58,048 bases of DNA, taken from IMG/VR virus record IMGVR_UViG_3300034128_000015, positions 1-58,048 of that record. The stretch is one strand, 5' to 3'. The stretch is from a virus (taxonomy: Duplodnaviria > Caudoviricetes). Positions 1-10,293 of this stretch are shown piece by piece; within the stretch, counting starts at the first letter, position 1, and every line of letters starts with the position of its first letter. The position numbers and the translations under genes are program-made. The notes under the pieces are model-generated. The model was not told where the DNA came from. It saw only the letters and a program-made list of their open reading frames with translations, and searched no databases.

Positions 1-28
1 TCAGTCAGTCTTTTTTCGGGAGTAGCCC

Positions 29-1123
29 ATGAGCGCCGTCAATCGCGCAGCGGTGGAAGCCGTTCTTCGCCAATACACCGACCCCTATTTGAACCAGGAC
101 CCGGTCAGCGCCGGCTGTGTACGCGCCATCGAGGTCCAGGGCGACCAGGTGTCGGTCCGGATGGAACTGGGCTATGCCGCCGGCCTGTTCAAGAGCGGCT
201 GGGCGCAGATGCTGCAAATGGCCATCGAAGGCCTCGACGGCGTGGGTTCGGCCAAGGTCGACATTCAATGTGTGATCGCCCCGCACAAGGCCCAGGCGCA
301 GATCCCCGGCCTGGCTAACGTGAAAAATGTGGTGGCCGTGGCCTCCGGCAAGGGTGGCGTGGGTAAATCCACCACGGCGGCCAACCTGGCGCTGGCGCTG
401 GCGCGCGAAGGCGCTCGCGTGGGGATTCTCGACGCGGATATCTACGGCCCTAGCCAGGGCGTGATGTTCGGTATTGCCGAGGGCACTCGCCCGAAAATCA
501 AGGACCAGAAGTGGTTCGTGCCCATCGAGTCGCTGGGTGTGGAAGTGATGTCGATGGCGTTCCTGACCGACGACAACACACCGATGGTATGGCGTGGGCC
601 GATGGTCTCCGGCGCCTTGCTGCAACTGGTCACCCAGACCGCCTGGGGCGATTTGGACTACCTGGTGATCGACATGCCGCCAGGCACCGGTGATATCCAA
701 CTGACCCTGGCACAAAAAGTCCCGGTGGCCGGTGCGGTGATCGTCACCACCCCCCAGGACCTGGCGTTGCTGGACGCGAAGAAAGGCGTGGAAATGTTCC
801 GTAAGGTCAACATTCCAGTGCTGGGCGTCGTGGAAAACATGGCGGTACACATCTGCTCCAACTGCGGCCACGCCGAGCATCTGTTCGGCGAGGGGGGCGG
901 CGAGAAACTGGCCACCCAGTACGGCGTCGAGTTGCTCGCCTCGCTGCCGCTGGCAATGGTGATTCGTGAACAGGCCGATGGCGGCAAACCGACGGTGGCT
1001 GCCGAGCCCGACGGCCAGATCGCCATGGTTTATCAGGAGCTGGCGCGTCACGTGGGCGCGCGGATTGTGCTGCAGGAAGCGGCTGCTCCGGCCATGCCGA
1101 CCATTACAGTCAGCGACGACTGA
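29..1123 (+). CDS. apbC: Fe-S cluster carrier ATPase ApbC/Mrp
   Basis: SGKGGVGKST Walker A, WRGPM motif, ENM..hiCsnCG; N-terminal FeS-assembly domain. Confidence 0.96.
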   Translation: MSAVNRAAVEAVLRQYTDPYLNQDPVSAGCVRAIEVQGDQVSVRMELGYAAGLFKSGWAQMLQMAIEGLDGVGSAKVDIQCVIAPHKAQAQIPGLANVKNVVAVASGKGGVGKSTTAANLALALAREGARVGILDADIYGPSQGVMFGIAEGTRPKIKDQKWFVPIESLGVEVMSMAFLTDDNTPMVWRGPMVSGALLQLVTQTAWGDLDYLVIDMPPGTGDIQLTLAQKVPVAGAVIVTTPQDLALLDAKKGVEMFRKVNIPVLGVVENMAVHICSNCGHAEHLFGEGGGEKLATQYGVELLASLPLAMVIREQADGGKPTVAAEPDGQIAMVYQELARHVGARIVLQEAAAPAMPTITVSDD

Positions 1124-1139
1124 GCCAGTCGTAGGAAAC

Positions 1140-1168
1140 AAGCCTCGAATTTGTCGGGGCTTTTTCTT
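1140..1168 (+). terminator. Intrinsic terminator of apbC
   Basis: AAGCCTCGA/TCGGGGCTT stem followed by T run. Confidence 0.7.
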
Positions 1169-1218
1169 GTCCGCAGAACGGCCAGGCATTGCTTGCTGCG
1201 CGCTTACACAGTTGCTCG

Positions 1219-1236
1219 TGTAAGCATTTGCTTACT
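1219..1236 (+). promoter_or_regulatory. GacA box (upstream activating sequence of rsmZ)
   Basis: TGTAAGCATTTGCTTACT matches TGTAAG-N6-CTTACA, ~170 bp upstream of rsmZ; AT-rich spacer follows. Confidence 0.85.
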
Positions 1237-1372
1237 TTTACGTAAGTGTTTGGTTTTTTTAGCGCTGCCGGACGTCTCGAATTATCTGGCTATATTTCTA
1301 ATCAATTGAAATATAACAATTATTTATTGGCTTTCGAGCGCGATTGCTCGGCAGGCGGCGGTTTGGATTGCG

Positions 1373-1400
1373 TTGTACTTCCCTGGGAACTGGCTACTAT
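1373..1400 (+). promoter_or_regulatory. sigma70-type promoter of rsmZ
   Basis: TTGTAC-N16-TACTAT directly before the sRNA. Confidence 0.6.
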
Positions 1401-1408
1401 CTGCCCTG

Positions 1409-1542
1409 TGTCCACGGATTGACACAGCCATCAAGGAACGATGGTTTGAAGGAACGTCGCAGGATGCGATTCATCAGGATGATGAAAAAGGAATACAGGG
1501 ACTAGGGAAAAAATGTGGGCGGGTCATACCGCCCCTTTTTTT
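1409..1542 (+). ncRNA. rsmZ: RsmZ/PrrB small RNA (RsmA/RsmE sponge)
   Basis: Multiple GGA-loop hairpins, GGGCGGGTCATACCGCCCC-T7 terminator, GacA box upstream, position next to fdxA. Confidence 0.93.
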
Positions 1543-1579
1543 GCCTGCAGAAAAGTAAAATGCCTGCCTCTGAACGCAG

Positions 1580-1603
1580 AAAAGGCCCGTAAAGGGCCTT
1601 TTT
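1580..1603 (-). terminator. Bidirectional terminator downstream of fdxA
   Basis: AAAAGGCCC-GTAAA-GGGCCTTTT. Confidence 0.75.
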
Positions 1604-1620
1604 ATTGGGCAGCGGCGCTG

Positions 1621-1944
1621 TCAGCGCTCGAGATCTTTGATCTTGCCTTTCACACCATCCCACTCTTCCGCATCCGGCATCGACTCTTTCTTCTCCGTGA
1701 TGTTCGGCCAGATTTCCGCCAGTTCGACGTTCAACTGGATAAATTCCTGCATATCTTCCGGGACCTCGTCCTCGGAGAAAATAGCGACGGCCGGGCATTC
1801 AGGCTCACACAGGGCGCAGTCAATGCACTCGTCCGGGTGGATGACCAGGAAATTCGGGCCTTCGTAGAAGCAGTCCACCGGACAGACTTCTACGCAGTCG
1901 GTGTATTTGCACTTGATGCAGTTGTCGGTGACGACGAAGGTCAT
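1621..1944 (-). CDS. fdxA: 7Fe ferredoxin I
   Basis: [26 protein letters not shown]...[12 protein letters not shown]. Confidence 0.97.
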   Translation of the reverse strand: MTFVVTDNCIKCKYTDCVEVCPVDCFYEGPNFLVIHPDECIDCALCEPECPAVAIFSEDEVPEDMQEFIQLNVELAEIWPNITEKKESMPDAEEWDGVKGKIKDLER

Positions 1945-2087
1945 TTCTATTTTTCTCCTCAGGCGGCGGCAGCGAAACCCCTTATGGTGGGGCCCGCGAG
2001 GTTTGAGAGCGATAGTCTGCGGACCAGGCTAAAAAGCCCGCAGCATCCCAAACCGCGCGAGATAATATCAGCTTGCAAGCGTCTGCG

Positions 2088-4679
2088 TTAGATCCGTGTC
2101 TTCAGTGTGTAGAGCATTTCCAGCGCTTTTCGCGGTGTCAAGTCGTCCAGGTCAAGTTTTGCCAACTCATCCAGCACCGGATGGGGCAGGCTGGCGAACA
2201 TATCGCTCTGGTGTGGCGCGCTGGATTTGCTGCTGGCCTTCTTCGTGCTGGCGACCACGGTTTCGTGGGGCAGGGCGGTGGCCTCCAGACGGCTGAGGTG
2301 CTCGCGGGCGCGGGTGATCACGTCGTTCGGCACACCGGCCAACTGCGCCACGGCCAGGCCGTAGCTCTGGCTGGCCGGCCCTGGCAACACATGGTGCAGG
2401 AACACGATACGCTCGTTGTGCTCGGTGGCATTGAGATGCACGTTGGCCACCAGCGGCTCGCTTTCCGGCAGCACGGTCAGTTCGAAGTAATGGGTGGCGA
2501 ACAGCGTATAGGCGCGCAGGTGCGCCAGGCGCTCGGCCGCCGCCCAGGCCAGGGACAGGCCGTCGAAGGTGCTGGTGCCGCGGCCCACTTCGTCCATCAG
2601 CACCAGGCTGCGCTCGGTGGCGTTGTGCAGGATGTTCGCGGTTTCGCTCATTTCCACCATAAAGGTCGACCGGCCACCGGCGAGGTCATCGCTGGAACCA
2701 ATCCGCGTGAAGATGCGATCCACCAGGGACAGCTCGCAACTGGCCGCCGGTACAAAGCTGCCGATATGCGCCAGCAACACGATAAGCGCGGTCTGGCGCA
2801 TGTAGGTGGATTTACCGCCCATGTTCGGACCGGTGATCACCAGCATGCGGGTATCGTCATCCAGCGACAGGTCGTTGGCGACGAACGGCGTGGTCAATAC
2901 CTGCTCCACCACCGGGTGGCGACCCTGAACGATGCGCATGCACGGCTCGCTGACAAACCGCGGGCAGTTCAAGTCAAGGTTCAGCGCACGTTCGGCCAGG
3001 TTGCTCAGCACATCCAGTTCCGCCAATGCGGCGGCGGTGTCTTGCAACGGCGCCAAGCGGCCGATCAAATCTTCGAGCAGCGCTTCATACAGCATCTTTT
3101 CCCGCGCCAAGGCGCGGCTCTTGGCCGACAGCGCCTTATCTTCGAACGCTTTCAGCTCCGGGGTGATGAAGCGCTCGGCACCTTTTAGGGTTTGACGACG
3201 TTGATAGTCGATGGGCGCCTGCTCGGCCTGCTTGCTCGGCAACTCGATGAAGTAGCCATGCACGCGGTTGTAACCGACCTTCAGGTTGGCCAGGCCGGTG
3301 CGCGCTTTTTCGCGGGCTTCCAGGTCAATCAGGAACTGCCCGGCGTTCTCGCTCAGGGACTGCAGTTCATCCAGTTCGCTGTCATAACCAGTCTTGAGCA
3401 CGCCGCCGTCACGGATGATCGCCGGCGGGTTGTCGATGATGGCTTTTTCCAGCAGCGCCGCCAGGTCCGGGTAGGTGCCGGCAGTTACCGAAAGTTGTTG
3501 CAGGTGTGGCGTGTCCAGTTCGGTCATCGCCACTTGCAGTTGCGGCAGGGCGCTCAAGGCATCACGCAGACGCGCCAAGTCACGGGGCCGCGCGTTGCGC
3601 AGGCCGATCCGCGCCAGGATGCGCTCGATATCGCCGATTTCTTTCAACTGCGGCTGCAGCTTTTCGAAGCGATAGCCGTCCAGCAGGCAGGTAATCGACG
3701 TCTGCCGCGCTTGCAATACCGTCAAATCCCGCAGCGGGCGGTTCAGCCAACGGGTCAGCAAGCGGCTGCCCATGGCGGTCTGGCAACGGTCCACCACCGA
3801 TTGCAGAGTGTTGTCGCGGCCGCCGGCCAGGTTGGTGTCCAGTTCCAGGTTGCGACGGCTGGCGCCATCGAGCACGACGGTGTCGTCCAGGCGCTCATGG
3901 CGCAGGCTGCGCAAGTGCGGCAGGGCGGTGCGCTGGGTTTCCTTGGCATAGCTGAGCAGGCAACCGGCGGCGCCGATGGCCAGGGTCAGGGTTTCGCAAC
4001 CGAAGCCCTTGAGGTCCTGCACGGAGAACTGCTGGCACAGGCTTTTCAGCGCCGAATCACGCTCGAAATCCCACGGTGCGCGACGCTTGGTCCCACGACG
4101 ACGTTCCGCCGGCAGGTCCTTTGGCCAATCATCCGGGATCATCAGCTCCACCGGATTGATACGCTCCAGCTCCGCCAGCAGGTTCTCCCAGCCTTTGGTC
4201 TCCAACACACTGAAGTTGCCGCTGGTGATATCCAGTACCGCCAGGCCGAACAGCCGCTCATCGCCGAGCACCGCGGCGATCAGGTTATCGCGACGCTCAT
4301 CCAGCAGCGCCTCATCACTCACCGTCCCCGGCGTAATAATGCGCACCACCTGACGCTCCACCGGCCCCTTGCTGGTGGCCGGGTCGCCGATCTGCTCGCA
4401 GATCACCACCGACTCGCCCAGCTTCACCAGCTTGACGAGGTAGCCTTCCAACGAATGGTAAGGAATCCCACACATCGGAATCGACTGCCCCGCCGACTGC
4501 CCACGCGCGGTCAGGGTGATATCCAGCAACTTGGCGGCCTTCTTCGCGTCTTCGTAGAAGATCTCGTAGAAATCGCCCATGCGATAGAACATCAACTGAT
4601 CAGGGTGCTGGTTTTTCAGGCGCCAGTACTGCTGCATCATTGGGGTGTGGGAGGACAGATCGGAAATTGGCTTATTCAT
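2088..4679 (-). CDS. mutS: DNA mismatch repair protein MutS (863 aa; first codons supplied by the prophage end)
   Basis: [34 protein letters not shown]; ATG at 4679 chosen by homology with the copy at 50220. Confidence 0.97.
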   Translation of the reverse strand: MNKPISDLSSHTPMMQQYWRLKNQHPDQLMFYRMGDFYEIFYEDAKKAAKLLDITLTARGQSAGQSIPMCGIPYHSLEGYLVKLVKLGESVVICEQIGDPATSKGPVERQVVRIITPGTVSDEALLDERRDNLIAAVLGDERLFGLAVLDITSGNFSVLETKGWENLLAELERINPVELMIPDDWPKDLPAERRRGTKRRAPWDFERDSALKSLCQQFSVQDLKGFGCETLTLAIGAAGCLLSYAKETQRTALPHLRSLRHERLDDTVVLDGASRRNLELDTNLAGGRDNTLQSVVDRCQTAMGSRLLTRWLNRPLRDLTVLQARQTSITCLLDGYRFEKLQPQLKEIGDIERILARIGLRNARPRDLARLRDALSALPQLQVAMTELDTPHLQQLSVTAGTYPDLAALLEKAIIDNPPAIIRDGGVLKTGYDSELDELQSLSENAGQFLIDLEAREKARTGLANLKVGYNRVHGYFIELPSKQAEQAPIDYQRRQTLKGAERFITPELKAFEDKALSAKSRALAREKMLYEALLEDLIGRLAPLQDTAAALAELDVLSNLAERALNLDLNCPRFVSEPCMRIVQGRHPVVEQVLTTPFVANDLSLDDDTRMLVITGPNMGGKSTYMRQTALIVLLAHIGSFVPAASCELSLVDRIFTRIGSSDDLAGGRSTFMVEMSETANILHNATERSLVLMDEVGRGTSTFDGLSLAWAAAERLAHLRAYTLFATHYFELTVLPESEPLVANVHLNATEHNERIVFLHHVLPGPASQSYGLAVAQLAGVPNDVITRAREHLSRLEATALPHETVVASTKKASSKSSAPHQSDMFASLPHPVLDELAKLDLDDLTPRKALEMLYTLKTRI
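4639..4650 (+). repeat. attL core ATTGGGGTGTGG
   Basis: Identical to 50180-50191; both continue with NNGGACAGATCGGAA...TCATCAGA. Confidence 0.88.
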
Positions 4680-4708
4680 CAGAGGCTTAGGGGAAATTAA
4701 TAAAATGG

Positions 4709-4726
4709 TGGGGCGAAATTGGGGCA
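4709..4726 (+). repeat. Putative integrase arm-type sites (left)
   Basis: TGGGGCGAAATTGGGGCA tandem resembles TGGGGCAAAAATGGGGCA at 50041. Confidence 0.6.
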
Positions 4727-4857
4727 TTCACTGCCACAGATGGATGGTGGCTATTTCGCATTGCGTGCCCGCTATGTCTCAATAATTGAGGGTAACATGT
4801 GATGAACCTGTTGGCTCAGCGTGAGCCGCAAGATGACTACTGATCAAAGGGCTGCAG

Positions 4858-6153
4858 ATGAAACGGACGTTCCCTGGTTACTTCTCAAACGATGCAGACT
4901 CCCTAAAGGATACCTGGGCTCGGTGTCTATTCGTTTTGGATGCGAACGTCCTCCTTAGCTTGTATCGCTATTCGGATGAAACTCGCTCGGAGTTGTTTGA
5001 TATTTTCAATCTATTGAATGATCGTATTTGGGTGCCGCATCAGGTCGCTAGTGAATATTTAGTCAATCGTATTGGTGTTATCGGGCAGCAGGTTAAGCTC
5101 TATGATGATGCAATAAAAAATGTAGACGAACTGAGGCGCTCCTTTGAAAATCCCAAGCAGCATCCTTTTATAAGTGGCGAAACGTTGGTTGAGGTTGTTG
5201 GTGCTTTTGATAGGGCTGTGTCGGATTTGGCCGCGAACAAAAAACTGTACTTGTCTAAAGTGGAGGATGATGACGTAAAAGATCAACTCGAGCATCTTCT
5301 CGATGGATGTGTTGGTTCTGCGCTGTCTGCTCAGGATCAAGCCGATGTTTTGGTAGCGGGATCATTGCGTTATGCGCAAAAAATTCCACCTGGGTATAAA
5401 GATGCGAAAAAGGGTGGTGATTCTGAGTTGATCTCTGACAAGCTTAAACCTTTTGGTGATTATATTGTTTGGAGACAGACGCTTGAAAAAGCAAAGAGTT
5501 CTAATCAGCCTGTTATTTTCGTAACGGGTGATAGTAAAGAAGATTGGTGGACGATTTATAGTGGTAGGCCTATAGAGCCACATCCTCAGTTGGTTGATGA
5601 GTTTGTGCGCGAAGTTGGTGAAAGGTTTTTTATGTATCTTCCAGAAACGTTCATGACAAAAGCGAATGAGTTTTTAAATCGGGTCACTTCTCAAAGTGCT
5701 ATTGATGAAATTGTAGATGCTCGAGCTGAGGAAGTTGAAAGTGAAAATTTCAAGTCTAGAAAGTTTTTCTCGGATATTTCTCGGAAAACGTTGACTCTAA
5801 CCCCTACTGCTGAGTATCAGAAGTATGTGTTAAGTTCTGAGAGGGATGCGTTAGAAGTTCAAATGATTGAAATGCAGTCGCAGATGAACAAGCTTGAGGG
5901 TAAGATTGAAGCCATTACATATAGTATTAAAGATGTGCAGGGGCGTTACAACGTTTCTATGAAGAGCTCTAATGGTGTTGAATCGGCTCATTCTGCTAGG
6001 TTGGCTAACGTAGTTCGTGATATGGGGACTGATCTGCTAGCGGCAAAAATGGAATTTGAGGCTGTCGAACAGAGCTACAGTGCTATGTACCTCCATCTTT
6101 CAGAGTTGAGGTGGGAAATCGAGGCTATTACTGGTGCTGAACCGCCTCGATAA
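4858..6153 (+). CDS. PIN-like domain protein with C-terminal coiled coil (moron, candidate defence effector)
   Basis: VLDANVLL, PPGYKD, GDYIVW, FVTGDSKEDWW motifs; heptad-rich C-terminus; AT-rich. Confidence 0.75.
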   Translation: MKRTFPGYFSNDADSLKDTWARCLFVLDANVLLSLYRYSDETRSELFDIFNLLNDRIWVPHQVASEYLVNRIGVIGQQVKLYDDAIKNVDELRRSFENPKQHPFISGETLVEVVGAFDRAVSDLAANKKLYLSKVEDDDVKDQLEHLLDGCVGSALSAQDQADVLVAGSLRYAQKIPPGYKDAKKGGDSELISDKLKPFGDYIVWRQTLEKAKSSNQPVIFVTGDSKEDWWTIYSGRPIEPHPQLVDEFVREVGERFFMYLPETFMTKANEFLNRVTSQSAIDEIVDARAEEVESENFKSRKFFSDISRKTLTLTPTAEYQKYVLSSERDALEVQMIEMQSQMNKLEGKIEAITYSIKDVQGRYNVSMKSSNGVESAHSARLANVVRDMGTDLLAAKMEFEAVEQSYSAMYLHLSELRWEIEAITGAEPPR

Positions 6154-6164
6154 CAGTTTGGAGG

Positions 6165-7406
6165 CTAAAACATTTTACTTATACCATTCCAAATGGTTTG
6201 AATTTCTTTAGGAGACTCGTCATCCATCCACTTCGCATAGACCTCGACAAGCATAGTGAAGTCCTTGTGCCCCATTTGTTTAGCAATGAACGCAAGGTTG
6301 CCACGAGCAGTTAGGCACCAGCATGCATAGGTGTGACGGGTTTGATATGGTCGGCGTGGACGTATGCCTGACCGTTTCTGAATTGCTGTCCACTTTGTAT
6401 TCCACGCTGTGGGGACGTACCAAGGATTAATGATTTTTTTGCGCGCTTGGGTGGTGGGAGAAAGTAGTGGAGTAACTTTATCCTTCCGGCTCTCATGCCT
6501 GTTCTGGAACACCTCAATAGATTGCTTGGAGTGTTCGACAACTAGCGACATCAGAACCCGGCAAGCTTCTATGGCTGGCGGCATTAGTAATACAGTTCTC
6601 GGCTTCCCCGTTTTAGGAACCTTGAAAGTTCCGTTGGCGGTTATTGCCCGAGTGATGTTGATTTGCCCAGCGACCAGGTCAATGTCCTCGACGGCCAGAG
6701 CGCATAGCTCACCAGGTCGGAGTCCGGTATACACCGCCAGCGTGATGGCTGCCGAGTCCTGAGGATGAAGACACCCTTTATTGATTAGTAACTGGAATTC
6801 ATCGCGAGTCAAAGGATCTGGATCCTGACCTTGCATGACGAACCTATTGCAGGCTTCTGACAGCCCTTTGCGGCAGTATCCGTTGGTCTCGCACCAGCCC
6901 AGGAAGCCAGCGTACGTCGCCAGGTAATGGTTGACTGTGGACGGCGCTCGATCTGCGATCAGCAATGTCCGTAGCAACTGGATGTCCTCGGGTAACAAAA
7001 CGCCGGCTAGACGATCGATACCGACAATGCCAGTGCAGATGTCCAAGGCGTACCTGTATTTCTCCTCAGTCATGGGCGTAATGTCGACAGCCTTGAGCGG
7101 CTTATACCGCTCCAGTAGCGCCCCAAGCTTTTCGTCCTTAGCGCTGCTGTAGTTGGTCGCGTGCTTCGAGTTAGGAAAGTGCCGGCCGTAGTCAAAGCGA
7201 CCAGTTTTGATCTCGTGCAGAATCGCCGCCCTTAACAGGGCAGCATGTTTGATATTGGCTTTGGTGATCGGAAGGCCAAGGGATTCGCGGCAACGTATAC
7301 GCCGCCACATGAACACGACGCGCAAGTTGCCGCCGTGGATCTCAATCCCTTTGTGCTTTGCCAGTTCGGTTTCTAGGCCGCTTCCTGAGGTGCGCTCTCG
7401 GCCCAC
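6165..7406 (-). CDS. Tyrosine integrase with N-terminal arm-binding domain
   Basis: TGLRPGEL, YQTRHTYA, QMGH, VYAKW catalytic motifs. Confidence 0.95.
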   Translation of the reverse strand: MGRERTSGSGLETELAKHKGIEIHGGNLRVVFMWRRIRCRESLGLPITKANIKHAALLRAAILHEIKTGRFDYGRHFPNSKHATNYSSAKDEKLGALLERYKPLKAVDITPMTEEKYRYALDICTGIVGIDRLAGVLLPEDIQLLRTLLIADRAPSTVNHYLATYAGFLGWCETNGYCRKGLSEACNRFVMQGQDPDPLTRDEFQLLINKGCLHPQDSAAITLAVYTGLRPGELCALAVEDIDLVAGQINITRAITANGTFKVPKTGKPRTVLLMPPAIEACRVLMSLVVEHSKQSIEVFQNRHESRKDKVTPLLSPTTQARKKIINPWYVPTAWNTKWTAIQKRSGIRPRRPYQTRHTYACWCLTARGNLAFIAKQMGHKDFTMLVEVYAKWMDDESPKEIQTIWNGISKMF

Positions 7407-7570
7407 TTGTCATACTCCGTCATGTTGATTGCGATGCGGCCGTCCGGTGTCTTGCGCCAGACACGCCCTTGTGCCCATGTGCCGTTCTTCACTTTGTGGC
7501 GAATAGCGTCTTCGCTGTAGCCGGTGAGTTCAGAGGCGCGGCTGATCATTACCCATCTAGGAAAACTCAT
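7373..7570 (-). CDS. Excisionase
   Basis: Small winged-helix-like protein overlapping the integrase start. Confidence 0.8.
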   Translation of the reverse strand: MSFPRWVMISRASELTGYSEDAIRHKVKNGTWAQGRVWRKTPDGRIAINMTEYDKWAESAPQEAA

Positions 7571-7668
7571 GCTGATACCTCCAACATGTTGAATAGTTTG
7601 CCGCCAGAGTAGCTGGGGGCAGTGATATCATTATGATTAAGATCAAGACTGAAAGTCCGTTATTCATT

Positions 7669-8595
7669 TCAGTCACCGCTCATTGCGTGTTTGGATCTGC
7701 TGCCCGCAGATAACTCCGGTAGAAGTGCTCGTGCTGGCTTCACTGTAAAATAAGTACCCCCGATTTCGACGGTTTGGATACCTCGTAGGAAACCAGTTAT
7801 ATCTATGTCAATCCCGCTTTTTAAACGGCGTTGATGGGCTGCGACCAAGTGCAGAATAGGGCGCTTCCTGCCGGTATCTGTAAGTGGAATAGATCTTGCG
7901 TAAAGCAGGGACTTAATCTGCTCAGGCATAGATCCCAGTCGAGCAAAGCCGTTGGACTCGCGAGCTTCAATTGTCCAGCAGTAACGACTGTCGGCTATGA
8001 ATTGTAAAGCGATCGAAGCCATAGCTTCGCGTCCTTTCAGTTCTTTTTCCGGCGTGGTTAGGTATTGGCTGGTTTTGTACCGGTCAGCTAGTTCGAAGCG
8101 TTGTTCACAGGCAACGACTTTTCCTTCTTTAGTTACGCAAAAGAACGAACGGTCACCTTCAATAAAATTATTTTCAGAGGCGGCAATTATTATTTCGTAC
8201 AGTTGTCCGCCCGAACGTCTGTGCCATGTCTTGGGTAAAGTGCTGGCTTTGCGAACGTATGTGGTTTGAAAAAAACCTCCGTACTCATCGCTAGGGACTT
8301 GTACCGTTCTTGTAAAGCCAATACATCCGGCGGTAGGTAAAGGGTCATTGGTAATATCAAATTCCCATTCGCCAACATTAGTTGGGGGCGGTGCGATGAT
8401 GAATCTGTCTTTACTCGGAATGTACGGGCCGATTCCCCTGATTAAGTTCATTCGCTCATGAGTGAGAGTATTGGGGCCGGCACCTTTGTTTCTTTTGATT
8501 CTAGTTTCAAAACATGTGATCAAGGCCGCAGCCACAGAGTCTTCAAATGAATCAGTTGTCCAGAGGTCTTGATTGTCTGAGCAAGTTGGTTTCAT
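7669..8595 (-). CDS. Hypothetical AT-rich cargo protein (308 aa; ORF also open upstream to ATG 8907)
   Basis: RBS AAGGAG before ATG 8595; GC drops below about 8600. Confidence 0.65.
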   Translation of the reverse strand: MKPTCSDNQDLWTTDSFEDSVAAALITCFETRIKRNKGAGPNTLTHERMNLIRGIGPYIPSKDRFIIAPPPTNVGEWEFDITNDPLPTAGCIGFTRTVQVPSDEYGGFFQTTYVRKASTLPKTWHRRSGGQLYEIIIAASENNFIEGDRSFFCVTKEGKVVACEQRFELADRYKTSQYLTTPEKELKGREAMASIALQFIADSRYCWTIEARESNGFARLGSMPEQIKSLLYARSIPLTDTGRKRPILHLVAAHQRRLKSGIDIDITGFLRGIQTVEIGGTYFTVKPARALLPELSAGSRSKHAMSGD

Positions 8596-8903
8596 TGTAT
8601 TTCTCCTTGCTGTGCCATGCTCAGGCCAATTGCTGCAGGTTGGGCAATCTTGCTCAGCAGCATTCGAGGTGTGCGTATACCCCAAAACAGGCTGCGCGAG
8701 CAGGCGTTCTGGAGCGGTTAGCGTTGCATCACTGAGCGCTGCCCCGCGCAGCTGGTCGTGGGGTATAAGTGCCTCGGCGGTGGCGCCGGAAGGATCAATA
8801 ATGCCTGCTGCTGCGCAGCAGAGACTGTTTGTTTCTAGCGTGTCGACGCCACCTGCAGCGCGGAGCAAAGCGGGCAAGGCATTGGGGTTGTCCTGGTGGT
8901 TTT

Positions 8904-9446
8904 TCATGCCGCTTTCCTCCGGTGTTCGATAGCGAGTTGGTCCATCAGTCGCTGGTGGTAGGTGAGTCGGGCTTCTGCTACGGGCCATGGACGGATGGTT
9001 TCAGTCATGGGGTCTATGCCGACCAAGCAATCCCAGATAGCCGGATCTGTTGGCATAAGGTCGCGGCGCTCGGTGGCCAGTGCGATCATGTCGGCTTGGT
9101 GGATGCAGGCGGGTAGTTCTGGGGTGATGTCGAACCGCTCGCAAACGCGCCACCAGATACAGTCCTCGAAGTGTTGGTAGGCGCTAATCCACTGCTTGAG
9201 TGGCCGGGTCATGTCGCCCAGGTACGCTTCTGGCGCGTCGTGGAGCAGGGCGGCGAGTTTGTGTTCTTCCGGCACCAGCTCGGCGACGATGCAGCTGTGT
9301 TGAGCCACACTGTAGAACTCGCGGGTGTGGCCGTTGAAGCGGCACAGGTGCGCGAGCGAGTGCGAGATGTCCCGAGGGTCGATCATGTCTGCGTCAGGCT
9401 CGAATAGGTCAAAGCGCTTGCCGGTATGAGTGAGGATGAAGTTCAT
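8904..9446 (-). CDS. HD-domain phosphohydrolase (YfbR-like)
   Basis: RFNGH, YSVAQH, LLHDA.EAY.GD. Confidence 0.88.
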   Translation of the reverse strand: MNFILTHTGKRFDLFEPDADMIDPRDISHSLAHLCRFNGHTREFYSVAQHSCIVAELVPEEHKLAALLHDAPEAYLGDMTRPLKQWISAYQHFEDCIWWRVCERFDITPELPACIHQADMIALATERRDLMPTDPAIWDCLVGIDPMTETIRPWPVAEARLTYHQRLMDQLAIEHRRKAA

Positions 9447-9664
9447 GCGACCTCCTTCACGAGATCGGCGAGCAGCAGGGCGTTTTCGGTGGCCTTATGT
9501 GCCTGGCGTAGGACTTCGTAACCGATCAGTGCTTTCAACTGCCGGTCGAGTTCCTTGTTGTAGCGGGTTAGGGCGCGCAGTTCCTTGGTGGCCTGGGCGT
9601 GCTGCTGTTGCAGTGTGCCGGCGGCTTGAGGTGTCAAGCGAAGCATGGGAATGACGCGGCTCAT
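9443..9664 (-). CDS. Phage hypothetical protein
   Basis: ATGA-coupled within the early-left operon. Confidence 0.7.
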   Translation of the reverse strand: MSRVIPMLRLTPQAAGTLQQQHAQATKELRALTRYNKELDRQLKALIGYEVLRQAHKATENALLLADLVKEVA

Positions 9665-10242
9665 ACGTCACCGCCGACTGCTTTTTGGTTTCGGGTATGA
9701 AGTTCCGCTTCGGTTCGGAAAAATTGCACTGCTTTGCGGGCTTCTTCAGTGCTCATTGCTTCGGTTGGCTCGCGCTCTATCACCCATCGGCCTTGGGGCT
9801 CAGTGATTGAGCTGTTCGCTGGGGCCGGTTCCAGCTTTGGTGTTACTGGACCTAGTAAAGCTGCCATAGCAAGAGCTTGGTCGCGGAGGGCAAGTGAGTC
9901 GCGCTCGAGCTTTTTGCCGGTACGGAATGCGCTGAATGTTTCGGCCGCAATTCGCAGCTTTTCGGCGATCTCCAATAGAGTCTGGCGGGATGGTTCCCCA
10001 AGTTTCGAAGCGGCTAGTGCCCGCTCGTAATGGGAATACAACTTCATATACTGGGCGTGGGCCTGATCAAGCAGTCGCTTCAGATCCTCAATCGCCCCAG
10101 AGTTATCTGATTGCTGAATGGCCTTACCTTCGTCGATACCTTCGATGCGGCCATCAATCAGGCCTCCTCGATAGCCGACCCAATATAGGATCGCGGCTGC
10201 GAAAATGATGCTTATCAAGGCGCAGATTTGAATTGCAGTCAT
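9661..10242 (-). CDS. Phage protein with N-terminal TM helix
   Basis: Hydrophobic N-terminus, AGGAG RBS, translational coupling. Confidence 0.7.
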   Translation of the reverse strand: MTAIQICALISIIFAAAILYWVGYRGGLIDGRIEGIDEGKAIQQSDNSGAIEDLKRLLDQAHAQYMKLYSHYERALAASKLGEPSRQTLLEIAEKLRIAAETFSAFRTGKKLERDSLALRDQALAMAALLGPVTPKLEPAPANSSITEPQGRWVIEREPTEAMSTEEARKAVQFFRTEAELHTRNQKAVGGDV

Positions 10243-10293
10243 GTGGTGTGCTCCTGGTGGTGTGTTGGCTGGTGGTGGCAGCCAATTGGTGTG

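Noticed and set aside
2073-4700. Long antisense ORFs (371 and 502 aa) and similar shadows over apbC, primase, capsid and sheath
   Set aside because: Typical high-GC antisense shadows of well-supported genes
4680-4727. 16-aa N-terminal extension of MutS in the ORF track
   Set aside because: Lies in phage arm-repeat DNA; homology with the 50220 copy places the start at 4679
10268-10275. E. coli Chi site GCTGGTGG
   Set aside because: Part of the CCACCAC hairpin; no basis for assuming E. coli Chi function in this host
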